A stretch of 64,000 nucleotides of DNA from Chloropicon primus (Eukaryota): assembly GCA_023205875.1 (NCBI GenBank), contig CP060759.1:124001-188000 (forward strand). The letters are read 5' to 3'. Within the stretch, counting starts at the first letter, position 1. Every line of letters starts with the position of its first letter. Below the pieces are notes generated by a model, which saw only the letters and a list, made by a program, of their open reading frames with translations, was not told the origin of the DNA and made no database searches. The position numbers and the translations under genes were made by a program. Of this stretch, positions 43,511-54,620 are shown piece by piece.

Positions 43511-44506
43511 ATGACTTTAATGACGAAGGTGAGGTGCGTGGGACACGCGGGGAGGGCTCTGGCGCCGTCCTTGGCCTCCTCGAGGACGACGGCGTCTTCC
43601 GCGCGAAGGACGAACGTGAGGTACGGGAACAAATCAGCACGAACAACGACGACGAGGACGACGAGGACGACGACATCGTCCACTTCGACGTCTGCATCGG
43701 GGGGAGGCGGCTTGGTGGCGTCGTGCCCAGAGCTCGAGGCAATCGTGAAGGCGGAGGTGGTGTCGTGCGCGGACGAGTCGAAGACCGTGACCCTTGGCGA
43801 GCTGTGGAGCCAGAAGGACGGCGAGCGACACGTGTTGGTCTTCCTCTCTCACTTTGGTGATCTTACCTCGTGGGAATATGCGCAGAAGCTGAGGGATAAC
43901 ATGGACGAACTCGTGGAAAAGGGCGGAGGAGGCGTATCGGTCATCGGCCTCGGCTCAGCCTCGAACGGTCGCAAGTTCGCGGAGCTCCTTGACTTCCCTC
44001 TGGCGAACTTGTACGCAGATTCGAACGGGTTGTTGTACAAGGAGCTCGGTTTCGCGGAAGGCTTCCTGCCCGATGCGAACGTCAGTCCTTACGTGAAGCT
44101 CTTGGGGATGCTCACGGGGTTCGGAAGCCCGGGCACGATTCAGGAGGTGATCCGAGGCTACGTGGGGGACAGGGACAGCAAGCAGATCTTCGACAGCTCG
44201 CTGTTCAACATCCTCGGGGAGGGGTACCAGCGCCCCATGGAGCTTGCTACTTTGCGACTCTCCAACATGATTGCTCTTGGTCCGCTCGCACCTAAAGGCG
44301 CTCCAAAGTCAGGTGTCCTGCCAAACTGGTCGGAGCTGGTCTCGGACGAAAAGTTGATCTGTCAGCAAGGGGGAACGTTGGCGTTCTCAGGCGCGAAACT
44401 CATTCACATCCAGCGGGACCAGGGAATATTGAAGTATGCGGACATCGATGTCCTCCTCGAGGCCTTGGATAAGGAATACCAGGACGTCGTCGAGGGGCTC
44501 GAGTAG
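43511..44506 (+). CDS. Peroxiredoxin-like (PRXL2/AhpC-TSA_2) plastid protein without CxxC
   Basis: Transit peptide; VLVFLSHFGDLTSWEYA, LYAD...LYKELG, GSPGTIQEVIRGYVGD, YQRPMELATLRLSNM, QQGGT. Confidence 0.8.
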   Translation: MTLMTKVRCVGHAGRALAPSLASSRTTASSARRTNVRYGNKSARTTTTRTTRTTTSSTSTSASGGGGLVASCPELEAIVKAEVVSCADESKTVTLGELWSQKDGERHVLVFLSHFGDLTSWEYAQKLRDNMDELVEKGGGGVSVIGLGSASNGRKFAELLDFPLANLYADSNGLLYKELGFAEGFLPDANVSPYVKLLGMLTGFGSPGTIQEVIRGYVGDRDSKQIFDSSLFNILGEGYQRPMELATLRLSNMIALGPLAPKGAPKSGVLPNWSELVSDEKLICQQGGTLAFSGAKLIHIQRDQGILKYADIDVLLEALDKEYQDVVEGLE

Positions 44507-44614
44507 AATTCTTAACAACAGTTCAACCTTGCGTCTTTGGTCCTTCTCTTGTCCCTCCTCCTCCTCTCTCTCTTTCAGCTGCTGCTGCTGACAAGGTAAC
44601 GTACTCGACTCGAA

Positions 44615-44830
44615 AGAGAGAAAGAGAGAGAGAAGTGTGGATCCAGGACCTCTATCCTTGTCTTTGACTCTCCCCTCCATCCATCCACCCTTTTCCCCTC
44701 CCTTGTTCCACCACCATCATCATCATCATCTTGAAGAAGAAAGAGAGAAAAAGAGAGAAAGAGAGAGAGAGAAGTGTGGATCCAGGACCTCTCTCCTCTC
44801 TCCTTGTCCTTGACTCTCCCTTCCATCCAT
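44615..44830. repeat. Imperfect ~70-bp direct repeat, 2 copies, period ~139 bp, upstream of SEC62
   Basis: gagagagaagtgtggatccaggacctct...tccttgtc(t/c)ttgactctccc(c/t)tccatccat; 'atccaggacc' at 44641 and 44780. Confidence 0.85.
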
Positions 44831-44987
44831 TCAATCCCATCCACCTTTCCCCCCCCTCATCTCATCTCATCCATTCTCTCTCTCTAGAGACTCCCCTTCG
44901 AAAAGGAAAAGGGCCGGCGGAGGAGAGGGTTAACGCGTGGCGTTTGGCGTGGGTTGGTGTTGGTGTTGTGACGAGGAGGAGAGCGAC

Positions 44988-45962
44988 ATGAGCGGAGGGG
45001 AGAAGGATGCGGCGACTCTTCTTGGGGAAGACTTGCTGTGCAAGAACTGGGTGGAGAGCCGTCCCGCGATTATGGGACGCGAGAGGGTGGAGATATTCCG
45101 TGGAGTGGACCTCGTGACCTACCTGAAAAGAAACGAGGATGCCATGGAACGTGCTTTGCCGGGAAGCAAGAAGAAAATTGAGAAGGGTTACACAAACGCA
45201 GGCGAGGTGGCGAAAGACGTGGCCAAGCTCTTGATGAAGAAGGACCTCTTCTGCAGGTCGGAGCGTATGTTCAAGAAGCCAAAACTCGGGAGGAAGAAGC
45301 TGACCAAGTTCCCGAGGAAAGTCTTCGTTTGCGAGGACCAGCACTTCATTGAGGGGAGCTACTACTCGTGGAAGATTCAGAGGCCGCCAACCCCCTGGGT
45401 CAAGGTCGCGTCGTACATCGCGGTCTTGCTTGTCTTTGGTTGCACGCTCTTCCCCCTCGCGCCCTACAAGGTGAAGCTCGGAGTCTTCTACACCTCGCTC
45501 ACGTCCTTGATAACTATTCTGGGAATCGTGGGGGTGAGACTCCTTGTTTACGCAACCATCTGGACGTTTGCCGGCAAGTACGTCTGGCTTCTGCCCAACC
45601 TGTTTGCAGACAACGTGCCCTTGAACGAGATCTTCTCGCCCATGTTCGCAGAGGAGCAGAATAAGCACGGCAAGCAATACCCTGCACCACCTCTGAGGAA
45701 CAGAGTCATCGCGGTAGCCGCCATCTTCTTCTCGATCTTCGCAGCGTACAGGAACACTCCAGAAAAGGGCTACGGTGCCAAGATCAGAAGCACCACTGAT
45801 GATATGTTTGACTTTTTGGTCTCGCACGGCACGCTGCAAAGGCTAACCGGAGAGAGCAACAAGGAGGATCCCATCGGCGAAGTGAACGTGAACGAGACGG
45901 AGGTCGATGATAATTTGGATGATGATGACCTCGACGACCTCGATGACTTCGACGAGCTCTAA
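44988..45962 (+). CDS. SEC62: ER translocon subunit Sec62
   Basis: RVEIFRG, CTLFPLAPYKVKLGVFY, WLLPNLFAD, TM helices, acidic tail. Confidence 0.92.
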   Translation: MSGGEKDAATLLGEDLLCKNWVESRPAIMGRERVEIFRGVDLVTYLKRNEDAMERALPGSKKKIEKGYTNAGEVAKDVAKLLMKKDLFCRSERMFKKPKLGRKKLTKFPRKVFVCEDQHFIEGSYYSWKIQRPPTPWVKVASYIAVLLVFGCTLFPLAPYKVKLGVFYTSLTSLITILGIVGVRLLVYATIWTFAGKYVWLLPNLFADNVPLNEIFSPMFAEEQNKHGKQYPAPPLRNRVIAVAAIFFSIFAAYRNTPEKGYGAKIRSTTDDMFDFLVSHGTLQRLTGESNKEDPIGEVNVNETEVDDNLDDDDLDDLDDFDEL

Positions 45963-46037
45963 GAAGGAATGAAACACCGCCAGCACACCGGCATCCATAA
46001 ACATGTAATCATATATATAAGTCCCAGACCAGCCCTT

Positions 46038-47850
46038 TCACGGGGCTTCCAAGGTAAGGTCTGCCAAGCCCGTCGCGCTGGTTGGCGAGGCCTCTCCCCC
46101 CGTCCCCCCCATCTTGCTCTCTGCGTGCTCTACCAGGTCCAAGCTGACCTTCGCCGCTGCCATTCTCACGTCGCTTTCGTTGCTCGACTCGATGTGCCTC
46201 AAGGTGCTCTCCACCAAGCACTCCAGCATGTCATCCTCCTCATCTCCGTCCCAGGCCGGGACCAGGACGTGATGGAACTTCTCCCCCTCAAGAACCTTGT
46301 GCTCGTCGTCGTCAAAGAGAATGCACTTGTTGATATCGCTGACGTATTTTCCCAGGGGCTTCACCGTGTCCCAAGGCTTGCCCATGACCCCAGGAGCCAG
46401 TTCGCAAAAGTCTCTGTACAGCAAATGCCGGAAGACCACTCCGAGCTCGTCCTCCTTTGACTGGCCGTTTGCCCTCATGTCTTCCACCATCTGCTTAAGG
46501 GCTTTGGTGCACGTCTTGAGGGTCGCGCTCGAGTAAATTCCTAGGGTGAACCCAAACTCGCGGAGCTTGAGCAGCATGCCAAGAGAAGGCCTGGATTTGA
46601 TGGTCCTGTGGCGGCCTGTTTTGTTAATCAGGGTCCCGTTCAAGTCGAAGAGCAGCAGCACGCTCTTGCTGCAGTCGATGACGCCCTTGTTCGCACTGCC
46701 TTCCTCCCTTGAACTCCCCGAGGACGATGATGGGACGAAGGGTTTTGCTTCCGAATCCAATTGATGGTGTTTTGCGTTAGTTAGACGCCTGAACTCGTAC
46801 TGTTTACCCGAAGTCTCCCTCAAGATAATTTGCAGGAGTCGCCCCTCGTCCCCCTTTTCCTCCTCCTTCTTGCTGTACCTCCTGTAGATCTTGATGAACC
46901 CCTCCCTGTTCTTCACTTCTTCGGACTCCCGGAGGAACCGGAAGACCACATTCTTCTCCTCCTCTTCTTGTGGACTCAGCGTTGCGTGACCCGGCCGAGT
47001 CATCACTCTCCTCCTACATTCCCTGACATCCGTGTTGAAGCAAAGTGCATAGATCTTCGTCCTCTCCGACGATGAGGTCAGACTCAGGGCCTCCCTGATC
47101 CACACCTCCCTCTGTGCCCTCGTGTGGTTGCACCTGCAGGGCAAGGTCGTGAGAGTCAGCCAGTCAGCCAGTCAGTCCCCAAGAGCCCACAGGAAAGGAA
47201 TGGAGTGAATGCAATGCCGCGTCACGCATTGAATCTCGTGCTCACCTGTCGACCGCAACGTTCTTCCCCCTCTGCAAAGCCTTCCTGAACTCCCTCAAGC
47301 AACTTTCGCGTGAACCCAAAGCGTCCTGGCTGATGATCCACCACCCTTTGCTCCTGAGCTTCTGGGCGAAGGTGCTCTTCCCCGAACCCGGAAGACCTAC
47401 AAGGATCAGGACGCTCGACACTCCCTTCCTCGCGACGGGATTGCCATGACTGGGGCTGTCCTTCCCACCTGTCGAGTTGTTGTTCGAGTTCCCCTTCCCC
47501 TTCTCCTTCCCCCACTTGGTCACCTTCTTCTGAAACGTTCTCGTTTGGTTCGACGCCGAGGCTTCCCTGTTGACGGTCCTCGCTGCGGCGGTCCTGGATT
47601 CCGTCGAGGGGGGCGCTCCCTCCCCTCCTCGCCCCTCGGCCGCCCTGTCCGCGGATCCACCACCAGCAGACTCCATTGAATAGTGATCCGCCTCCTCACA
47701 AGACCAAGACAGGTAGGTAGAGGGATGCTGGTCCTGCTGGCTGGGAGGAAGGGACCTTGCCTTGTGAATCGCACCGAGGGAAGGGAAGGTGTTGGATTGG
47801 ATTGGTTCTGACATAGCACTCCTATGGATCCGCCCCTGTTCAGGCTCCAT
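46038..47850 (-). CDS. P-loop (AAA_33/PNK-like) kinase + PAM2 motif + FCP1/NIF-type HAD domain fusion; exons 47850-47246 and 47133-46038 (566 aa)
   Basis: GTGAG...TGCAG intron joins VAVD-R|CNHTRAQR in frame. Walker A GLPGSGKST, ISQD, CRRRVMTRPGH. PAM2 LDSEAKPFVP. HAD motifs LLLFDLNGTL, RP, IYSSA, KPL, LFDDDEHK. Confidence 0.85.
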
Positions 47851-48496
47851 TGCTGAGAAAAAGTGATCCACAGCAGCTGGAGGAAGGCTCAGGAGGTCCT
47901 GGGACTTGACTTGTGACAATCACGGCGGGGGAGGTGGCTTGCACTGGATGTGTGCGCGTGCGCGTGTGTGTTTGATTTGATCACTACCTCTTGCTGGGAA
48001 AGCTGGATTGGTTTTTCGCACGATCCTCGCGACCGTCAAGCGCTAGCCGTCTTCCAGAGTCCTCGGGAGAGCAACTGCACTCGGGGGCGTTGTCGTGTCT
48101 GCGAGTTTTGAGAGCTCTTTGAGAGCAGGGGAGTGGAAGTCCACGACAAGGGCAGAGCAAGGCAAAGAAGAGGAGCTCAAAGAAAGAATGGTCCGATTAC
48201 AACCCCTGCCTTGTGACGGTTGCGCGAAAGTGAGTCTGCTGTGAACTCCTTATTCCAGGTGGTCTGACCTCTGCCTTTGCCTTGGGTTCAACCCCGCTCC
48301 AAGGGCATCTCAATCAAAATCCTTCGAGGCCTCCTCGCCCTCTCCCCACAGATCACCGTCCGGCGAGCCCAACGCTCGTCCTGTCCTCCTTTGCTGATCC
48401 CCACGATGATCCCCAACAGAAGAAGAGGGTTCTTTGCTCCTCGCTCTCTCCTGGGGTGAAGATCCGCGACAAGGAAGGCGAGACGAGAGCCATGAC

Positions 48497-48793
48497 TCAA
48501 ACCTTCTTCGCATGGATGTACAGCACGTTGTTCCCTCTGATGAAGCAATCCCCATACTTATTCTTGAGCTCTCCGTTCACGTACTCCTCCGTTTGTTCCA
48601 TGGCGATGTTCATGTACCCGTCCAAACAAGCCAAGACGCCCTTGTAGTCGCTCCCTGAGTTGAGCTTCACCAAGACCTGCTGCCCCTTGATGCTTTTCAG
48701 AAAATCCGCCGGCGTCTTCGACGTCTTCGAAGACGTTCCCTCTCCTCCGCTCCCACTCTCTTTCCCTTTCTCCTCTCCCATCCCCATCGCCAT
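48497..48793 (-). CDS. LSM6: U6 snRNA-associated Sm-like protein LSm6
   Basis: TPADFLKSIKG.QVLVKLNSG.DYKGVLACLDGYMNIAMEQTEEY...YGDCFIRGNNVLYI. Confidence 0.96.
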   Translation of the reverse strand: MAMGMGEEKGKESGSGGEGTSSKTSKTPADFLKSIKGQQVLVKLNSGSDYKGVLACLDGYMNIAMEQTEEYVNGELKNKYGDCFIRGNNVLYIHAKKV

Positions 48794-49371
48794 CGTCAAA
48801 CCAAACCAAACGCCGCTCTCTCTCTCTCTCTGTCTGTCTGTGGAGGCGGAGGACGAGAGCCGGGCAGGAGACTTTGGTGCGCAAGGGGAGGACGACGGAG
48901 GAGAGCGAGAAAGAGGACAAGGTAAGGGGTGGAATTGTGACGTCTTCTTCTTTCGAATGACTCGTCGATCGAAAGAAACGGTCAAGGGATGAGGAGGACG
49001 AAGACTGATTGATCCGGTTCTATTTGGTTTTGGTGATGGTGGTGATGATGATGGTGATGAGGAGCAGGGGAAGACGCAAGGACGGCGAGGAGGTCGAGGA
49101 GGATATCGGCGGAAAGAGCATTGATCTCGCGGGGCTTCCTTCAATCACCTCACCCCGCGTTGGTTTGGGTTTGCCTTGAGAGCGCTTGGGCTCGGCCAGA
49201 GAAACAGGTGTAGAGTTGAATCCGTGGGGAGGAGAGGGAAGGAGGACAGCTCTGGTGCGGCTTTGGGGGGCGGAGGCACGAGGGATTTGTCTGGTCGGGA
49301 GGCCATTGTTTCTCTGGCTTTTCGATTCGAGATCGGCACGGCTTCGGGTTTGGCTTGAAGGGGGCGAAAAT

Positions 49372-49521
49372 ATGCTCAGGGGGAGCGTGAACAGTGTCAA
49401 GGAGGAGAAGCGGCGGAGGGATGAGAGGAAGGAGCTCTTGAGCGAGGTCGTGACGCAACTCCAGGAGACGGGAAGGTACAACAAACTCGTTGAGAGGGCC
49501 TCAAACCTCCTGAAAGACGAT

Positions 49522-49573
<52 letters not shown>

Positions 49574-49947
49574 TGCGCGCGCGCGTACGCATGCACAGTG
49601 AAGAGAGGAGATTGAAGTGTCTCCACGGTTGTGTGATCGTCCGAACTCCATTGCCCTGCTTGAATGTGGAAGGGAAAAGACTAACGATTTGAACGTGGCT
49701 TGCGGATACGCAGGACGTGGTCAAGAAGCGGCTTCGGGACCTTTGGACGAGCATGAGGGTGGTTCGAGATCAAGAACTCAGCGAAGAGCACACGGAGGCC
49801 GCCAACAAGGTGTTCTCGGACCGCGTGTGGGAGCTGATGATCTCAGACGACCTCTCTGAAACCTTCCAGGAGGAGATCCAAGCCATTCTGAAGGGTGGGG
49901 AGGCAGGCGGATCATCGCCCCGAGCGAGCGGCAGAGGTGAGCGGTAG
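49372..49947 (+). CDS. Small helical protein, possibly Shg1/BOD1-like COMPASS-associated; exons 49372-49521 and 49714-49947
   Basis: GTAAGC donor, CTAAC branch point and GCAG acceptor join in frame (127 aa). EVVTQLQETGRYNKL...FSDRVWELM resembles plant Shg1-domain proteins. Confidence 0.5.
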
Positions 49948-50265
49948 AGAGAGGATTCGGGCGAGGGCCGAGGCTCGAGGGAGAGAGAGAGACAGGGGAA
50001 GAGCGTTATGTGTAAAGTTCGTAAGATATGGAATTAAAACTTTGAAAGTACTTATTACCTCAAAATCCTTTTCGAGGTTGGTCTGATAAAATAGTGTCAT
50101 GTTGCCGACCGAACCTTGTTTTCTAAAATTTACATTCGTGTTCCGTGCACACCTTGCTCTTCTACTTGTCGAGCGTCTCTCAAAACCTCTTTCCCCTTCT
50201 CCTCTTTCCGCTGAGAAGGTAAAATTGACATTGCCGCAGGGAATACGAGGACAAGTGTTTTGCAC

Positions 50266-53200
50266 TTACTCTTCATTGATCTTTGGCACCGCCATTCCCT
50301 GGGAGCCGCCGTAGTTGGACCTCTTACGAAGCACAAAGACGCTGGCTCTCTTCTGGGCATCGACGACCTCCTGTGGGGCATAGTAACTAGTACCCTGAGG
50401 AGACTCGAATGCGTATCCAGTGTGCGACCTGCTTCTGACCTCATCGAGCAAGTCCTGTCCTTGGATCTGGGACTTGCTTCTACCTCTATTCTTGATCTTC
50501 TCAACAAGCTTATCAACACCCTCTGTCTGCTTGTTCTTCGCATTCCACTCCTGGATGATGTGATGATCAAGAGGCTTGAACCAGCGCTCCATGCCCTGTA
50601 TCATGATGTCAGGAAGCAGGCAAACAACTGGGGTGAGAATGATGGAGAACCAGTAGCTTGGAGTCGTGACCAAGTAGTAAATGACGTAGTAGATGTTGTC
50701 CGAGCTATCCAAACTTCCAGCGGTACCAGGGGTCATCGCGCAGTAGATGAAGATGAAGAGGTACCAGAACAAAATCGAGCCCCAGATGAACACGTGGTGG
50801 AAGATCGTGTGGAACGAGACAGCAAGGGCGAGCCTAGTGTTCACAGTGATGATGACACAACTGTAAACGGTAGTGGCAAGAGCCCAGTGCCCGATCATGT
50901 GCCCATCCTCGTTAACGGAAGCTGGGTGACCAGCAAGAACTGGCAAGAAGAAGCATATCACCGACTGGAACATTCCAGTCAGAATCCAGGTAGCAAGAGC
51001 CCTCGCGCTGAAGTAGATGTTCTTCTGGCCGGCCATGTAAAGCTGGGGGAAGGCCTTGCCCATTGCTCTGTTCACGTCCTGGTCAAACAATCCGATGACG
51101 ATGACAGGAACACTCGTGAACAACACGTTGTAAGCAGACTGGTACCAATCATCATAAAACCTCTGTCCAGAGAAACCGTTGAAGCAGTTGAACCAGAACT
51201 GCGTGAGGGTGAAAAGGATGTTCTTGTAGAAGAAGTATCCAATAATCTTGGAAATTCTCAGGTAAGACCATCTTCCGTGCACGAGCAACAAGTCGACCAA
51301 GAATCTGAACTGCGCGATAGCGAAGTCAGAAGCCATGACTGCCTGCATACCCTCGTTTCCACTGATACCAACACCAATATGAGCAGACTGAATCATACTC
51401 ACATCGTTAGCACCGTCACCAATGGACAGGGTGATCATACTGGCGCCCTCCTTGACCAGGAGGGTGACGTCGGCCTTCTGCAATGGACTGACTCTGCAAC
51501 ACACGACGGCGGCGCACATCATACCCAACTTCCTGAACAAGTTGCTGTTCTCTGGCTGCAGGGCGACCTGCAAGGCCTTTCCGTCGATAACAAGGGCGAA
51601 CTTCATGGACTCGGACAAGAGCTTGGCGTCATCGTAAGCCTTCTCCAGCTGCGTCATGACCTCCTCGTTCAGGATCTCAAGCGAGCCTTGCTTGTTCATA
51701 GTTGCCTCCGCCTCCAAAATTCTCTCGTTCTCAGCGTCGATGACGAACTTGCGCTGCTCGTTCGTCAGGAGAGAGCAAGCATATCCAATGTTGATGGCAG
51801 TCTCCATCTTGTCTCCGGTCAAGACCCAGATGTTGATGTTGGCCTCAGCCATCAACTCGATGGACCTTGGGACGCCCTCCTGGAGCTTATCCTCAATTGC
51901 GGTACATCCGATGAGCCTCAAGTCAACCTCAATGATCTCTGCGACATCGTCGAGCTTCTGCTCCCTGTTCACCAGACTGGTTCTGGCGGCATCGAACTGG
52001 ACGAACCACTCCTCGTAGGTAGCTCTTGGAATCTCCTTGTATGCGCAGCAAAGGGTACGAAGACCGTCGGAACCGAAGGCTCCGAGATCCTCCATACTCT
52101 TCTCTCTGAACTCGTTTCCGTCCTTGGAGAGCCTCTCGTAAATCACGTTATCAGCACCCTTGCAGTAAAGGATAACCTTGTCATCTGGAGTTCTCACAAT
52201 GGCAGACATCCTCTTTCTCTTCGAGTTGAACTCCAAGATAGCGAGGACTTCGTACTCCCTCTCATGGTTCTCGATCGTGCCATCAGCATTTGGAATGCTC
52301 TCAGTCACGATGATGGAGTTGGTCGTTCTGGTGTGGAAGAAGAAACCAAACTTCTTGGCAGCAACAACCAAAGCAGCCTCATCAGGAGAAGCGGCCTGGT
52401 AGTGGATCTTGTCAGGCTCTGGATCTCCCTCAGGGATGACGGTATGGCAAACAGCAAGGAGTCTGAAGAACTGCAACAGCTCCTCGGAGTGCTCCTCCTT
52501 GACCCAGTTTCCGCCCATGATTCTCTTGTCCTTGAAGTTGAATCCGGTCTCGTAGTTCTCGTCCTTGATGTCGTCAGGGAGAGCCTTGCCCTCTCTCTTC
52601 GCGATGGCCCTCTGGATCTCGGTGATTCCGTCGCCGTAAGGGACTCCTCCGACAGACATCTTGAAGAACTCCATAAGGTTCTGAGTAAGAGTTCCTGTCT
52701 TGTCACTGAACACGTACTGGACTTGTCCAAGCTCCTCGTTCAAGTTCGAGGTTCTGGCAAGAGCAGGAGTGTCACTGAGTGGATCGTAAATCGCTCTGTC
52801 CTTGTTGATGAAGTACACAACACTCAGGAACTTGATCATCTCCATCGACACGTACAAACTGATAGGAATGAATGTACTGTAAAGGATGAACAGGGTCACA
52901 AAGTTGACCATACCCGTCACAGCCTTGTCATCAGGGTCGAAGAAACCTGGGTTCTCGTCCAAGGCAAGGTACCACAGCTTCCTCTCCAAGAATGTTGGGG
53001 ATCCAATCGCACCGACGACGCAAGCGCAGCACTGAAGGAAGAACAGAATAATAATGAGCTTGTCAAGCTGATGCTCGATGGCACTTCTCTTACTTGGGGT
53101 CGCCTTGGAGTTCATCATGACCTTGGTCTCGTGTCCCGTGAAGATGACAGAACCGATGACCCACTCAGTGTTCCTCAACTGGCAACCACGAAGCAAAACT

Positions 53201-53953
53201 TGCATGGGGGACAAGGAGTGCACCATGTTGTCCTGGAAGGACAAGTTACCCGTGAAGGTGTACAAGAAGTTGTTTGGGGTCTCGCACTCAAGAGTGGCGT
53301 GCATGCTGTTCAGACTATGAGGAGTAGTGAAGGAAACCGTGTTATCAAGGCACTTCTTGATCTTCAAGTTCGTCTCACCATCCAAGTTCATCGTCTCGAC
53401 GTAGCAAACGCCATCCGCATCGGAGGAACTGATCAACAAAAGATCCGCAGGGAAGAAGCTCTTGTCCAGAACCTTGATGATCTCTCCAACCTGAATATCG
53501 GCCCACTCAGTCTCCACGAAGTCGCCATCCCTCAACACCAACACTGGCGTGGAGTTGACCTCGTTATCCTTCTTATGCCTCTTCGTGTCCTCCACAGCTT
53601 CCTTGAGCATCGAGATACCAATAACCATGACAAGCGGTCCCACATTGGTCACAGGATGCACAGGAGAAAACTCGAACAGAGAAAGAATAGCAATGATAAG
53701 GAAATAAAAGTTCGCCACCCTTTGGAATTGCTCGTACAGTCCCTGCGGTGTTGCAAAAGAAGAACGCGATGCCGGTCAGAACTTCAACATTCCTTGCCCC
53801 AAGGGGTTCCAAGGCTCCTCGTCTTACCTTTGGGAAGAAGGACACCACGGTGTACTTGCTCGTCGAGATACTGTTGTCCAGATATTCCGCAGCCTCATTC
53901 TTCGTAGAGTCGTTCACAAAGATCTTCCTCGTTTGAGGTCCCTCCATGCCCAT
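50266..53953 (-). CDS. P4-type phospholipid flippase (ALA3/Drs2-like); exons 53953-53828 and 53742-50266
   Basis: NSISTSKY, LDGETNLK, IPISLYVS, DKTGTLT, SPDEAALV, KGAD, GLRTL, LTGDKMETAINIG, IGDGANDVSMIQ. C-terminal GYAF. Confidence 0.96.
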
Positions 53954-54572
53954 CTTTTGGGAAGCAAGAAAAGAAAAAAGGGTAGGAAAAAGTAATGCGG
54001 CGAGGTCAGCGCTTCGCGCGTTGCGTTGGACAGTTGGCTCTTAGAAAATCGTCACCGACTCACCTTTCCTTTGATAGATTTCTTCAACCTGGTAATCGAG
54101 TTTCTTTTCTTCACCATATTGTATCAAACGTTTTGCCCGACGCTCGCCAAAGAATTCGAGCTTTCGAGACCTTTCGCGCAGCGCAAAAAACAAGAATTTC
54201 CTGGTCCACCGGCAGACTGCTGTTCTGTTTTTATTGCTACCAACCGCCAGTCATGGACGCCCTTCTCTTGCTCTGTTGACAACTTGTTTCCAAGTTAATT
54301 TCCACAGGAAGATTGGTGTCCAAGAGAGTCCTGCCTTTGTGCGACAGGTGGTCACTTGGTCAAAAGTCCACCAGTTGTCGTCACAGGTTTTGGTCCACAC
54401 CCTCTCTTCACGTAAGGGGTTATGTCCGTCACTTGTTTCAGTCACACAGGCCGCCGTCCTTTATTGGTCCGGCTAATTCCTGTCTTGACCTACGTCGCCG
54501 CTGGCCTGCCCTCTGCAAACTGAGCACGACGTCTCCCTCTAGGTCTTCAAACCCAACCCAACCAAAGACGAC

Positions 54573-54574
54573 GA

Positions 54575-54618
<44 letters not shown>

Positions 54619-54620
54619 AA
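54573..54620. repeat. (GAAA)12 microsatellite
   Basis: Perfect tetranucleotide run in the P4-ATPase/IFT43 intergenic region. Confidence 0.95.

Noticed and set aside
42804..43860. ~310-aa ORFs with internal repeats
   Set aside because: Translations of the tandem repeat and microsatellites (poly-HT, VC); not protein-like.
14387..44506. Selenoprotein (UGA recoding) in the redox genes DCC, fRMsr and PRXL2-like
   Set aside because: No in-frame TGA at catalytic positions and no convincing SECIS.
47950..48490. Self-complementary stretches suggesting RNase P/MRP or SRP RNA
   Set aside because: No complete conserved regions found; a minus-strand TGTAA near 48196-48200 explains much of it as LSM6 3' UTR.
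25079..48793. RNA-modification gene cluster (TGS1, FIP37, TruA, LSM6)
   Set aside because: Different pathways, interspersed with unrelated genes; density is compatible with chance.
50260..53907. 1215-aa plus-strand ORF
   Set aside because: Antisense shadow of the P4-ATPase with no recognisable motifs; expected from codon bias.
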